The notes beneath the pieces are model-generated. The model saw only the letters and a list, made by a program, of their open reading frames with translations. It was not told the DNA's origin and searched no databases. From the NCBI GenBank assembly GCA_963719315.1, contig CAVRBU010000002.1, positions 1-64,000 of the forward strand: a stretch of DNA of 64,000 nt, given 5' to 3'. This stretch comes from an uncultured Planctomycetota bacterium. GTDB lineage: Bacteria > Planctomycetota > Planctomycetia > Pirellulales > Lacipirellulaceae. Positions 63,516 to 64,000 of this stretch are shown here, in pieces (within the stretch, counting starts at the first letter, position 1; every line of letters starts with the position of its first letter). A program made the position numbers and the translations under genes.

Positions 63516-64000
63516 TTACTTTGAAATTAGATTCCCAGAATCGACAGGCCCGGCCGGTGTCACTCGTTGAAGAGTGGGTCGAACATCGATATTTCGAGGG
63601 TAGTTCGACGGATGCGCCCGGTGACTAACCAATTGACCGAACTCCGACGGCGACGGCTGCTCGGCCGGCGGCAAGAACTGTTGGATCAACAGGCGGATCT
63701 GTACTTGCGCGTCCGCCAAAGTCGCAACCACTGTTGCGCCACAACCGATGCGCTCACGTGCCTTGTCCAGGTCGCCTTGCAAGTCCCACAATCCCACAAC
63801 CAGCTTCACTTTTGGAAATCGACGCCGAAGCTGCTTGCACAGGTAACGAGCGTGCATCATGGCACCGGGAGGGGTGGCGGAAACGCAAATCACATCGGCC
63901 TTGCGGCGCTCCACAAGATCAACCATCGCGCTGGCCAGAGACGTAATCGAGACTGCCTGCACAACGCAGCTTCCGGTCTCCACTACTTGCGCGAGCATTA
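63516..64000 (-). CDS. C-terminal part of a protein with a B12-binding-like domain, possibly an AI-2E transporter (partial)
   Basis: ADVICVSATPP..HARYLCKQLRRRFP..VVGLW; truncated by the window edge. Confidence 0.55.
   Translation of the reverse strand, partial: MLAQVVETGSCVVQAVSITSLASAMVDLVERRKADVICVSATPPGAMMHARYLCKQLRRRFPKVKLVVGLWDLQGDLDKARERIGCGATVVATLADAQVQIRLLIQQFLPPAEQPSPSEFGQLVSHRAHPSNYPRNIDVRPTLQRVTPAGPVDSGNLISK

Larger units (their letters stand above)
55627..64000. mobile_element. Genomic island C (left part; continues beyond window)
   Basis: Starts with an arm nearly identical to that of island A. Confidence 0.7.

Noticed and set aside
1..64000. CRISPR array or cas genes
   Set aside because: No regularly spaced short repeats; the repeats seen are att sites, IS ends and intragenic duplications.

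Overview
GC-rich bacterial DNA, most likely a planctomycete (Pirellulales-like), inferred from PEP-CTERM proteins with the 'PGDYNxNGxVDAADY' dockerin-like module and orphan CsrA paralogs. 1-5.3 kb holds three PEP-CTERM surface-protein genes. The rest is a tandem array of cargo islands separated by three identical 42-bp 3' halves of a tRNA-Met(CAT) gene (6332-6373, 34971-35012, 55585-55626, minus strand). Each copy is flanked by conserved non-coding arms carrying a 12-bp motif (CAAAGGRGGAWG) at identical offsets, an att-site architecture, yet no integrase is recognisable in either complete island. Island A (~28.6 kb): DUF6879-like + PLP-enzyme pair, glycogen breakdown / phosphoketolase / acetate kinase / NDH-2, an efflux pair, a sigma54 activator and an IS21. 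Island B (~20.6 kb): a photo-oxidative stress cluster (furan/cyclopropane fatty acid enzymes, fasciclin, atypical CarH/LitR-like regulator, Dps, UvsE, TspO fusion, HemH, SOUL) with nested IS5-type elements. Island C (partial): general-stress genes behind a sigma70 promoter and a riboswitch-like leader with a competing terminator. Six single-base frameshifts may be assembly errors. All product calls come from motif recognition by eye, not database searches.
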